Of a DNA stretch of 64,000 bases, positions 38,075 to 50,429 are shown one piece after another (the stretch's first letter is position 1; each line of letters opens with the position of its first letter). The stretch is from the NCBI GenBank assembly GCA_038087875.1, contig CM075998.1:6264001-6328000 (forward strand), in the 5' to 3' direction. Under the pieces are notes generated by a model. It had not been told where the DNA came from. It was given only the letters and a program-made list of their open reading frames with translations, and made no database searches. The stretch is from Malacoraja senta. Its lineage: Eukaryota. Position numbers and translations under genes: made by a program.

Positions 38075-38289
38075 CAGTCTAGTCCAACAGTCTAGTCCAA
38101 GGGTCTAGTCCAACAGTCTAGTCCCAACAGTCTAGTCCAAGGGTCTAGTCCAACAGTCTAGTCCCAACAGTCTAGTCCAAGGGTCTAGTCCAACAGTCTA
38201 GTCCCAACAGTCTAGTCCAAGGGTCCAGTCCAACAGTCTAGTCCAACAGTCTAGTCCAACAGTCTAGTCCCAACAGTCTAGTCCAAGGG
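38075..38289 (+). repeat. TCTAGTCCAA-based tandem array with a 40-bp higher-order period
   Basis: GGG-containing subunit recurs at 38101, 38141, 38181 and 38221. Confidence 0.92.
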
Positions 38290-40668
38290 CGGCACGGTGG
38301 CGCAGCGGTAGAGTTGCTGCTTCACAGCGCCAGAGACCTGGGTTCCATCCTGACTACGGGTGCTGTCTGTGTGGAGTTTGCACGCTCTCCACGCGACCTG
38401 CTTGGGTTTTCCCCAGGTGCTCGAGTTTCCTCCCACATCACAAAGACGTGTGGGTCTGTAGGTTAATTGGCCGTCTGTAAATTGCCACCTAGTGGAGGGA
38501 GTGGATGCAAAAGTGGAATAACATGGAACCAGTGTGAATGGGTTCATCAGTTCATAAACCATAGGAACAGAAATAGGCCATTCGGCCCACTCCGCCATTC
38601 AATCATGGCTGATCTATTTGATTAATTGTGATCAATCGTGATCTCGCTGATCAATCATGGTTGGTGTTGACTCAGTGGGCTGAAGGACCTGTTTCCATGC
38701 TGCATCTCTAAACACATTTCTACATTTATTTATGCTAGGTACCCATTCCAAATATGATTTTTTGATTCTTCCTCAAACAATTATTGGAAATTACTGGTGA
38801 CCAGTTGGAATGATTGAACAAACGCTGCAGGGGCTCAATTGTGGGTGCTGTGATTGAACCAGTGTCCCCAGGAAACGTTGTGACTCCTTTCTTTCGCAGG
38901 CCAGTGTGGTGCTTTACTGACAGCTTGAAAATATAGAAGACTGTAGACATCGGAAGGCAGCATGACAGTTCAGGTTCCTCTCCCCAGTCACTATAGACTG
39001 ATAAGAATTAGGTGAAAGCACGTCTGTAACAGCTGCTTACCTTGTTCTGATCAGCTAGTTCAGATTAGTTTAGAGATACAGCGTGGAAACAGGTCCTTCA
39101 GCCCACCGAGTCCGCGCCGACCAGCGATCCCCGCACACTAACCCTATCCTGCACACACACTAGGGACAATTTACAGTTATACCAAGATAATTAGTGGACT
39201 AATTGGTGGAAACATCCTCTATCCAGGCTTTTCAGAAGCCTTATTGAGAACCCAGTGCTCCCATGGCTTGGTGGACATCAGATATTCTGAGCCTTGTCGC
39301 TCAGTACCATCTCACTGTCCCACACAGGGGAGAGCTGTGGTATCAATTCTTGGAAATGGTATCTTCCCTGCTGCATTTGAGTATTGAATGCCAGTTTAGT
39401 TTAGTTTAGAGATACCGCGCGGAAACAGGCCCTTCGGCCCACCGGGTCCACACCGACCAGCGATCCCCGCACGCTAACACTATCCTACACACACTAGGGA
39501 CAATTTACATTTTATACCAAGCCAATTAACCTACAAACCTGTACGTCTTTGGAGTGTGGGGGGAAACGGAAGATCTCGGAGAAACCCACGCAGGTCACGG
39601 GGAGAACGTACAAACTCCGTACAGACAGCACCCATAGTCAAGATGAAACCCGGGTCTCTGGCGCTGTGAGGCAGCAACTCTACCGCTGCGTCACCGTGAC
39701 GCGCTCAGGGATACTTGCTCCTTACTTGTTGATACTTGTTGAGGTATCCCACTACAGGTGGAGTTAGTGTACAGATCAGCCAAGAACTTGTTAAATGACA
39801 GAAGATACTCAAGGGACTGAATGGCCTCTTCCAGGCCCTTCGGCCCACCGAGTCGGTGCCGACCATCGATCACCCGTTCACACTAGTTCCATGTTATCCC
39901 ACTTTCCCATCCACTCCCTACACACTAGGGGACAATTTACAGAGGGGCCGATTAACCTACACACCCGCACGTCTTTGAGATATGGGAGGAAACCGGAGCT
40001 CCCGGAGGAAAACCCAAGCAGGTCACGTGGAGAGTGTGCAAACTCCACACAGGCAGACAGCATCCAACGGTCAGGATGGAACCTGGGTCTCTGATGTGAG
40101 GCAGTGGCTCTACCCACTGTGCCGCCCTGTTGCCCTTCAGAAGATACGTGAAGCATGCTTTAGGTAACGTCCCATCCGAGACCTCTGGCTCTCACCCTTG
40201 TTGCTCTGCCCATGTGGGGCATGTCTTGCCGACCAGGCCAGTTAGATGGGTCATGTAGCCAGCACATCGCAGTAGGGGGAAGCAGCAAGCAAGTGGGCAG
40301 CTCGTGATGGCTGCCGTGTTCCGTGGTGGTGCCAGCCTCCCTCCTGTGTGAAGGAGGTGATGGATAGCAAACATTGGAGTTGCTCTCCATTTCAAGCCAG
40401 TCTCCATTTTCCACGCCTGTTGGCTGGATAGATACGTGCGTGCATGCACAGAGGTGTCGCTGTTCCTTGCTCAACTTTCTCTTGTGTGGACCTTGACGTG
40501 TCAGCCCCTCCTCCCCTCCCCCTCCCCCTCCCATCGCCTGCACAGTCACTTTGCTTCATTGCTCGTTGCCTGTTGCTGTCTGGCCAACACAATGAAGGCA
40601 CTGGTCCCAAAGCCCTTTACCCGTCCCGTCAACGGAGTGCTTGAGGCCCCCGACAGTGGGAGAGCTAA

Positions 40669-40985
40669 AGGGGCTGTCCCACTGTACGAGCTAATTCAGG
40701 AGTTCTCCCGAGTTTACCCTGATTCGAACTCGGAGATTTACGGTAATGGCCGCTCGTCGGTACTCGGGGCTCTCGTGGACATTTTTCAACATGTTGAAAA
40801 TTCTTCACGAGTCTTCCCGAGCTTACCGCGTTTCCCGAGTACCTGCCGTTAGCGTAACGAGCCGCTAAGAAACGTCCCGAGCTACGACGTACCCGCTACG
40901 TACATTCTACGTGCTTGCCACGAGTTTGATTTTTTTTTAAACTCGGGAGAGCTCCTGAATTACCTCGTACAGTGGGACAGGCCCT
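40669..40985. mobile_element. Complete PIF/Harbinger-like MITE
   Basis: TAA|AGGGGCTGTCCCACTGTACGAG...CTCGTACAGTGGGACAGGCCCT|TAA; 3-bp TSD. Confidence 0.85.
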
Positions 40986-41201
40986 TAAGGGAAGATAACT
41001 TTTGTTTACCTTCCGTCACAGTGAGGAATGTGGAGGAGTCACTGTGGTGGATGTTTATGTTCAAATGTGTTTTGTGTGTTCTGTTGCTTTTTGCTTGTGT
41101 GACTGACCTGGCAAATGAAATTCCTCGTATGTTGCAAAACATACTCGGCTAATAACGTATGAGTGTGATTGATTGATTGTGATTTGCCTTGTGTCCTGTA
41201 G

Positions 41202-41266
41202 GTCTTGGAAACCGACCGTACTGGCGCACAGACGCAGTGATGCGGCACGCATGGAAACACCTCTGA
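41202..41266 (+). CDS. FMNL3: FMNL3 alternative C-terminal coding segment B (GLGNRPYWRTDAVMRHAWKHL*), start of the last exon
   Basis: ttgccttgtgtcctgtag|GT; phase 1 matches the donor at 33315; resembles the alternative FMNL tail xLRNQPYRRADAVRR; followed by about 2 kb without recognisable repeats. Confidence 0.8.
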
Positions 41267-43200
41267 AGAAAGGACTTGGGTGGGATTGGGTGAGATTGGA
41301 GGGATGGGGGGGGGGGGCGGGGGGGGGGGAGGGGAGGAATTGAAGTTACAAACAAAACCAGTGTTCCAGTCATAAGACTGTTCCTTTGACGAGCATCTTG
41401 GGATGGACATTCCATTTGCTCCGATGCCACTCTGAAACAAGGAAATTCCTGAGCGCGTAGCTTCTCATCCACTACGCACGGCGCGGTGGAGAAAACCGCG
41501 GAGAGAGCGGGGCAAGGACATCGCTCTCCGTCTCGACACGGGCCGGGGGAGTCAACTTCTACAACGGAACATGCCCGCTGCCTCAACAAGTGAAAGTGCC
41601 TCTGCAACACATTCAAAATCCCACCTCTCCAATCATTGCATGAGGTCGGGTGGGAAGAGAGCATCTTTCAATAGGATAGAGGAAACTCGAAGAGAAGTTT
41701 TGTCCATCCAGTCAGAGTTGGAGCGCCGTCAACATTGAATGCCTTTCCACGTCAGTGTTATGAAGTATTTTTTTACTGTGCCTTTAGTCTTGATTAATTT
41801 AAGACTTTTTTTCTGATGTTTACTGTAGAATTGGCCTTCTGTGCTAACTCCAAAGGAACCTATGCCTCCTGTTATTGCTGCAGTAAAATGCCAGCTGCTT
41901 TCTGTGGCAGAGGCATTGGCAGAGATTTGCCTGCGTTGCTTATACTAAGTGCATGATGTTTCAAAGTCTGTGTCCTAACACTGAGGCATTTTAGAAATGG
42001 TGTTGAATACACAAACATGGCTATATCTTAGCATAAACAACGCAAGGCAAGATTGTCCTCCTTGTCTTTTCCTCGCATCGATTTTAAATCCCCGTGGAGT
42101 TTCAGAGCATTTCTAGCTATAAGCCCTCAGTGTTTGGGTTCACTTGGGAACCATATATAGAACAGCAATGAAGGCTCCAGATACTCTTGGGAAGGGAAGA
42201 TTTTGAACAAAGGAGCAATAATTTTCTTCCCTTCCATCACGGAAAAGTAATGCCTACACGGTCTATCCAGACATGAATGTAAAGGCGTGTTTTCCTTGGG
42301 AAAGGAAACTCCTTTTTGTATTAACTGTGGAGATGCGTCATTTATCAGCAGGATGAGACTACGCAGATTTGATCTGGTCCTTCCTTGGTTATCCATTTGC
42401 TCACCACTTCCGCAATTTTGAAAGGTTTATCTTTTGCCAAGGGGCGATTACATTGGGCACACGGTTTTTGGATCCTGTTACTCGTGTTCAATGGGGTAGC
42501 TGCAAGTTAATCACCCATGGCACATTCCTGACCCGCTGTCTCCAGTCCCGATATAAAGTCACTGCGGTAAATGTATCTAATTGCAATCTGAATTGGCCCC
42601 GTTGAGATCTGGGGATTATTCTGACGCTAATTCCATGTTTTATTTCGCTCTTCCTTCGTGAGCTAGTGTTGGAAGGCATGAAATTGGATAGAATCCTTGA
42701 AATTGGAGACCCCATCGTCTGTGTTCCCTGTAATATTCCTTTGCAATGTTATGACTGTCAGTTAAGAAAGGTTTCTGATCCAGCGTTATAGGAACACATG
42801 CACTTCAAAGCCAAAGCCCTGTAATGCCTTAAACACCTCGGCCCAAGGCAAGTTCAATCATTTCCCTGGAGTTCGCTTCACTGAAGCATCTCCTGCTCTG
42901 GGCCAGGCAGTGGTTTCATAGCCAGTGGACACTGACAGGTCAGGGTGGCAGGGAGGGAAAGGGTCAATCCTCTTAGGTGAGGTTGCAGGGACTGGCTGGC
43001 ATGAACTAGTGAGTGAGTACAACAGAGGAGGTCAAAGCTGGCAGAATCAATTGTGCAATGGTTCTTGTGTTCTCGCATGCACAAAATGCCAACCCAGTGA
43101 AATGCTTTCCCTTACAAACAGTCCAATATAGTATTGCTATAGCCTCCGATCCTCAATTAGCAAGTGTACTAGAACGTGGACTTTGAAAATGGCATCTCTT
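41267..43200 (+). other. Probable FMNL3 3' UTR (3' limit unknown)
   Basis: Follows the stop of exon B; one of the longest stretches in the window without recognisable SINE/LINE pieces. Confidence 0.6.
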
Positions 43201-45576
43201 GCATGCAGGCTCAGTATGTAGCAAGTGTACAGAAATAGTCCACTGAGTCCACATGCAACAGACACCATGTTGAAAGTCCACACTCTGGTTCTTATGAGCG
43301 GGGCCTGTTCCAGGCGAGCCCCAGGCTGTTGCGGGGCCTCCAGCCGTCTCCTTCCTTGGACTCCCTGTCCCTCTCCTCACCCGTCCACCTTTGTTCCCCA
43401 GGGGGGTGGGAGCCTCCTGCAGCCGAGCTCGAGGGAGCGGTGTGCCAGACCACGGTCCCTTCTCCTCTCCCACCGGCTTCGCTCCTCGCCCGTCGCATCC
43501 GTCGCCACCGGCTCCATCCTCCCAGTCTCTGGTCTTTGGGCAACGAGCAGGGGCCTGCACGGCGGACGGCTCCCCCTCCCAGGCTGGTGGTCCACCGCGT
43601 CCAACGAGCAGGGAACTGTCTCGGCGGCTTCCTCACTGCCGTCCGTGGCCCACCGGAGGCTCCCGGTCTCTGTGCCGTTATCAGCATCAACTTGACCAGG
43701 GACACTGTCTAACCGGTTGTGGCCACTAGTCATGGATTCCACAATGCACCCTCGTACCTCAATGCAAGCATCAAGCAACTTAAACATTGGCAGATCCTCA
43801 TGTTTTACCAGGCAGTACTCCACTCCCCCTTCACTGCATGTGAAGTCGATTCTTAGTTTTCAGCTCGTAATAAGTTCCTGGAAAGCTGTCCACAGTCCAT
43901 ACAGGGAGTTGAATACATTCCACATGGAAGGACGTTGCTGTGTTCAACTGAAGGTCAAGCATTGAAGGTTTACATGTAAATATGGCATTTATTGGAACAG
44001 TCTACACCTTTTGCAGAAAAGGTGACAATACCCAAAGATGTTGTTTGGGACCATGTTTCAAATCAATAGGAAGGTTGCTGGTTTACACCGAAGATAGACA
44101 GAAAATGCTGGAGTAATTCAGCGGGACAGGCAGCATCTCTGGAGAGAGGGAATGGGTGACGTTTGGGTCTCGCTGAGTTACTCCAGCATTTTGTGTCTAT
44201 CTTCTTATGTTTATAATCAGCCTTGCATTCCAGCCCAGGTTTCAAATCTTTTTGTAGATCATCACCATTTGTAGTGCAAAGGAGGTTATTCTAACTATTA
44301 GGCTTGTCTCGGCATCACCTTCCAAACTACATCCATGTACTCTCATTCCATTTCACTCCTCCTCCCACAGGGTTTTATCTTCCTTTTCCCAATCTTATCC
44401 GCTTTTCAATGATGATTTTCTGTTCCATTTTCCAATTTCCTCCTCAATCTTTATGACATTTCACAGCCAGTCACCCCATTGTCACCGTATCAGGTAGCAT
44501 TGTCCTTACCTTGTTAGCCTCACAAGCCCCAGCTGGCCATTTTTACTCAAAACATAAATAAATAAGGGAGGCACGGTGGTGCAGCGGTAGAGTTGTTGCC
44601 TCACAGCGCCCGAGACCCGGGTTCAATCCTCACATTGGGTGCCGTCTGTGCGGAGTTTGTACGTTCTCACTGTAACCGCGTAGGTTTCCTCCGGGTGCTC
44701 CGGTTTCCTCCCACATCCCAAAGACATGCACATTTGTAGGTTAATTGGCTTCTGTAAATTGCCCCTAGTGTGTAGGATAGAACTGGTGTTCTGTAAATTG
44801 CCCCTAGTGTGTAGGATAGAACTGGTGTACGGGCGATCGTTGGTCGGCACGGACTCGGTGGGCTGAAGGGCCTGTTTCCACGCTGTATCTCTAAAAAACT
44901 AAATAAATCTGGGATCAAAGAATCAGTCATAATGACCACGAGACGACTAGACCCGTTTAATATCAGGTTCACCAATGGCCCTCATGGATGGAAATGGGTC
45001 ATCTTTATGTGCCTGACCTAGAAATGAGTCTAGTTAGGAGTCTCAATTCCCACAGCCCTACCACAAGACTCAGTTGAAAGAGTCGGGCAATAAATGTTTC
45101 CCTTTGACAGTATTGCAGTCAGTGAATAACTTTAAAAGATTACTCTTCGTCCATAATTTTGGAAACTGTGAGATCCCTGGCCTGCCAACTTCACAAGTTC
45201 TAATCTAGGAAATGGTCTACAACTGCACTGAGTGAATCTTCCCAGTTGCCTGTCCGCTGTGTATTCTTGAATGGCAACATAATGGGAACACAATATCCCA
45301 TCTGAGGTCTGGCCAGTCCTCTACTTTTCATTGTATCTTTAATAGGCTTCAAACAGCCATGACTACTATGACCAAGTCTTATCAGGCAACTCTGCAGAAA
45401 CCCAGACCAGGTCACCTGATCGTTGCCACACACGATTCTACTGAAGATATTAGTGTGCCACTGAATCCTATTCATCATGATGTTCTCTTATGCTCTTTCC
45501 CCTGAAAATATTGTTTGGATGCAACATTTGTTCCATTGAATGCGCATCAATATTCATTGGGACAGAAGACAGACCA

Positions 45577-46035
45577 CAGAATGCTGGAGTAACTCAGCGG
45601 GTCAGGCAGCATCTGTGGAGAACATGGATAGGTGACATTTCACAGAGTGCTGGAGTAACTCAGCGGGTCAGGCAGCATCTGTGGAGAACCTGGATAGGTG
45701 ACGTTTCACAGAGTGCTGGAGTAACTCAGCGGGTCAGGCAGCATCTGTGGAGAACCTGGATAGGTGACGTTTCACAGAGTGCTGGAGTAACTCAGCGGGT
45801 CAGGCAGCATCTGTGGAGAACATGGATAGGTGACGTTTCACAGAGTGTTGGAGTAACTCAGCGGGTCAGGCAGCATCTGTGGAGAACATGGATAGGTGAC
45901 ATTTCACAGAGTGCTGGAGTAACTCAGCGGGTCAGGCAGCACTGTGGAGAACATGGATAGGTGACGTTTCACAGAGTGCTAGAGTAACTCAGCGGGTCAG
46001 GCAGCTTCTCTGGAGAAAAGTAATAGAGACGTTTT
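45577..46035. repeat. Tandem array (about 7 x 66 bp) of part of the Penelope terminal repeat
   Basis: Units start at 45577, 45643, 45709, 45775, 45841, 45907 and about 45971. Confidence 0.95.
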
Positions 46036-46769
46036 CGGGTCGGGAACTGGTCGAGACAACCCGAAACGCCACCTTTATCTGTTCTCCAGAGATGCTGCCT
46101 GTCCTGCTGAGTTACTCCAGCATTTTGTGTCTATCTTCGGTGTAAACCAGCATCTGCAGTTCCTTCCTACACTTATTGGACATAGTTGGTTTGTTCCATG
46201 TTACAAAAAGTGGAAACTTAGTTTTGTGCTAATGCATGGTGGAGACCTCATCTCGCCCCTGCATGTCCCATTCATCGTTCTAAGGCCTAATGCCTGTATG
46301 GGCTTCTGAAAGCAGGAACACATCCATATCCGCACTTGGCCTACCTCTTTCCTAGTTTATCTCATTTGGCCCATCAAGTGTACTCTGCCATTCAATCAGC
46401 CATGATTGAATGGCAGAGTACACTTGATGGGCCAAATGGCCTAATTCTGCTCCTATCACTTATGGGGCTCGAACACCTTTTCACTCCTTGTTTCTGGCCT
46501 GTTCTTGAGCCCGTTATGCTGCTATAATACAGAGATGCCTTCGGCCCGAGTTGGCCAAAACCTTGTTCTCTCTCTTTAACTGACGCAGGTGTAGCTGGCT
46601 TTCTCCAGTGTGGTAACAAGTCCCGTCCAAATGCAACATGATGACCTTTGCAATCAGTTTGTCAGTGCCCCCTAAATCTCCCAATGCCTCCAGAGCGTAG
46701 ATTCTAGAGTGGGCCCGGCAATTCTTCACTGACTGCAGTGCTCAAAACCTGGTGTAGAAACAAAGAAAC

Positions 46770-47260
46770 TTAGACAATAGGTGCAGGAGTAGGCCATTCG
46801 GCCCCCAGTCAGCACCACCATTCAATATGATCATGGCTGATCATCCACAATCAGTACCCCGTTCCTGCCTTCTCCCCATATCCCTTGATTCCTTTAGCCC
46901 TAAGAACTAAATCTAACTCTCTCTTGAAAACATCCAGTGAATTGGCCTCCACTGCCTTCTGTGGCAGAGAAATTCCCACAGATTCACAACTCTCTGGGTG
47001 AAAAGGTTTTTCCTCAACTCAGTCCTAAATGGCCTACCCCTTATTCTTAAACTGTGTGACCCCTGGTTCTGGGCTCCCCCAACATCGGGGACATGTTTCC
47101 TGCATCGAGCCTGTCCAATGCCTTAAGAATTTTATATGTTTCTATAAGATCCCCTAAATTCCAGTGTATACAACCCCAGTCGACCCATTCTTTCTTCATA
47201 TGTCAGTCCTGCCATCCCTGGAATTAACCTGGTGAACTTACGCTGCACTCCCTCAATAAC
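46770..47260 (-). mobile_element. CR1 LINE 3' fragment
   Basis: Same sequence family as 5893-6612. Confidence 0.85.
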
Positions 47261-50115
47261 TGAAAGCAGTTTTATTTTATTGGAATGCATTTTTTCTTAA
47301 ATTATGTTCGTAAACGTTGCTGTCCAAAGACTACACAATTATATAAAGCAGGATCTTTTGCTATGGTTTCAAAGTAATTCATTGGTCTTTCATTTTCCAA
47401 TGCGCTACTAACCCGTAGAGCAAAAATTAGTTTGAATGCCGGTAAGAAAATGTCCAATATATATTACGCCAGTGATGTCCTGGATTGCGTCACTGGTTCG
47501 GTTTCAGTGGGAGGGAACCATGAGGAGGGAATGACACCAAATGCTGGAGTAACTCAGCGGGACAGGCAGCATCTCTGGAGAGAAGGAATGGGTGACGTTT
47601 CAGGTCGGGGGCAGCATGGCGGTACAGTAATGTCGCCCTTGTGCAAGGAGTGGATGAGTAAGTGGGATAACATAGTGTGAAAGGGTGATCGATGGGTTGG
47701 CGTGGACAAAGAAGCATCTGAAGAGGGGCCTCGACCTCAAACGTCACCCATTCCTTCTCTCCAGAGACGCTGCCTGTCCCGCTGAGTTACTCCTGCACTT
47801 TGTGTCTCCTACACATGAGGACGGAATGGAGTAAATTAAAACCACCAGTGGTAGTTAAGGAAAAGGTAAGCTATGGACTTGGGGAAAATAGTCTTCAAAA
47901 TAATCCATACCTTGTACAAACCATAACGCTGCCTCTTTATTTTTCTTGTCTTTTTCCATGTATTCCGTATGAAGTATTTAGTTTGTATTTTAACCATTCC
48001 AATTCATTCCAAACTACAATCTTGTAGCTGACTGTATCTTTTCATAAATGTGTGTAAAAAAAAGTTCAATTATCTCCAATTTTCAATGTTATTTTAATAA
48101 TCTGTTTAAAAAAAAATCTATGCCAAAGTTGAGGCTTTCCGTCTCTTCAGCAATTCTGTATATATTATTCTTAATGATTATTATCAATCCACCTCTCTGG
48201 TCTAAGTGTTGTGATTTATCTGTTAAATTAGTTTCGTTTAATTTAGAGATACAGTGCGGAAACAGGCCCTTCAGCCCACCGAGTCCACACCGACCAGCGA
48301 TCCCCGCACACTAACACTATCCCACACGCACAAGGGACAATTTTTACATTTAGACCAAGCCAATTAACCTACAAACGCGTACGTCCGTCTTTGGAGTGTG
48401 GGAGGAAACCGAAGATCTCGGAGAAAACCCACACGGGTCACGGGGAGAACGTACAAACTCCATACAGACAGCACCCGTAGTCGGGATCTATTGAATGTTG
48501 CTCACCAGTATTTCTAGTGGCCATTGATTTTGGGAGGAGGGGGGGGTGGGAATTGCGGAGAGGCATGAAGAACAAAGCAGCTGGAATCCAGAGCTGATGT
48601 CGCCAAAGGCCGGTAAGAATTTATGTCCCGAGTGTGGAGCATGAAAGCAAAGATGCTCAAAGCAGTTTATGCCTGGTCTTTGCCCATTGATAATTGAGAT
48701 TGCCCAATGAGCTCTCTCAGGAAGTCTGAAGAAGGTTCTCGACCCGAAATGTCACCCATTACTTCTCTCCAAAGATGCTGCCTGTCCCGCTGAGTTCCTC
48801 CAGCTTTTTGTGTCTATCTTCAAGCTTTCTCAGGACTTGTTTTTCATTGTTCTGATACCTACCATGCAATAACACATTGCATCAGTATTTTTGATAATAC
48901 ATGCGTCTGGGTCTAATGGACGAGAAGGTGGGGGTTCATAAGGTCATAAGTAATAGGAGTAAAATTAGGCCATTCGGCCCATCAAGTCTACTCCGCCATT
49001 CAATCATGGCTGATCTTTCTCTTCCTCTTTCTCCTGCCTTCTCCCCATAACCCCGGACACCCGGACTAATGAAGAATCTGTCCGCACTCATCCAGGAAGG
49101 GCTGGGCACAGGACACAGCCTGAGGAACTCTGCCCTCATGTCCTTGGGCTGGGCTAACCTCCAACAACCACCACCCTCTTCCTCTGTCAATGTGCCAGCC
49201 TCTGATATTTCACAGTCCACGTTGGACTTCTGACAGGCTTCTTCATTCAGCTGGAATGACTGCAGTTTCAGTTCTAATTCAGCATGGGGGTTGCGGTAAT
49301 GGGAAAGCCGGGGATTTGTGAGAATTAAACAAATGCCTCAAATTTTGGTTTTCATCATGAATTGCAGCCAGATGGGAACTGACAGTCACACATTTAAATC
49401 CATCTATTGTCTGAAGAAGGGTCTCGACCCGAAACGCCACCTATTTCTTCTCTCCTGAGGCTGCCCTTCTCCAGCATTTTGTGTCTATCTTACTATTGAA
49501 GAAGGGTTTTCCTCCAAATTACTGAGTCATATTTACTTTACTTTAGACTTTAGAGATACAGCATGGAAACAGGCTCTTCGACCCTCGAGTCCGCGCTGGC
49601 CAGTGACCACCCCGTACACTAGCATAATCCTACACACTAGGGACAATTTAAAATTATTTTTACAGAAGCCAATTAGCCTACAAACCTGCAGGTCTTTGAG
49701 AAGTGGGAGGAAACAGGAGCACCCGGTGAAAACCCACGCAGGTCACAGGGAGAACGTACAAACTCCACACAGACAGCGGCCATAGTCAGGATGGAACCCG
49801 GGTCTCTAGCGCTGTGAGGCAGCAACTCTACCGCTGCGCCACCGTGCCGCCCTGTAGACCAGGACCCTCCTTTGTCATTACTGTGAACCCAACTCCCAGT
49901 GGCAGATCAGCCATGATTATATTGAATAGAGGGGCCGAGTGGCCTACTGCTGCTCCTTTCCTCTTGTGTTTTTGTGTGCAGATTTGGAAAAGTGCTGTAG
50001 TCCCAATGTAAGGCCGACTTCCCTGAAAGTGAACCTGTACTTGGAGTTTGCCATCGTTAGAAAGAAGAATATAGACCCCTTCCTAATTTCGGGATGGGAT
50101 GCTGTGCTTGGTTGA

Positions 50116-50391
50116 AGGGCACTGTCCCACTGTATGAGTTCATTCAAGAGCTCTCCCGAGTAAAAAAAAATAATCAAACTCGTGGTAAGCACGTAGAATG
50201 TACGTAGCGGGTACGTCGGAGCTCGGGACGTCTCCTAGCGGCTCGCAACGCTGACGTCAGGTACTCGGGAAACGCGGTAAGCTCGTGAAGCCCCAAGTAC
50301 CTACGAGCGGCTATTACCGTAATTCTCCAAGTTCGAATCAGGGGAAACTCGGGAGAACTCTTGAATTAGCTCGTACAGTGGGACAGGCCCA
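50116..50391. mobile_element. PIF/Harbinger-like MITE, same subfamily as 40669-40985, opposite orientation
   Basis: TGA|AGGGCACTGTCCCACTGTATGAG...CTCGTACAGTGGGACAGGCCCA|TGA. Confidence 0.82.
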
Positions 50392-50429
50392 TGATTGTTA
50401 GATCTGGACACACTGACTGGTATCAAAGG

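Larger units (their letters stand above)
3086..41266 (+). other. FMNL3: Formin-like protein gene, FMNL3 orthologue (partial: 5' exons lie upstream of the window, several FH2 exons lost in the gap)
   Basis: Twelve exons with phase-compatible splice sites except across the gap. They translate to FMNL peptides ([68 protein letters not shown]...ESNC*). The C-terminus and the EKEEAFQR segment resemble FMNL3 more than FMNL1/2 as I recall them. Confidence 0.9.

Noticed and set aside
45490..45960. ORF with 22-aa repeats; CRISPR-like look
   Set aside because: Translation of a 66-bp tandem array with no unique spacers; eukaryotic context and no cas genes.
48936..49410. Possible minus-strand coding remnant of a neighbouring gene
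   Set aside because: Interrupted by stops, runs into a CR1 tail, and no protein family recognised.
49982..50007. Apparent 26-nt exon (tgtgcag|...|gtaagg)
   Set aside because: The pyrimidine tract looks derived from a CR1 tail; no partner exons or recognisable peptide.
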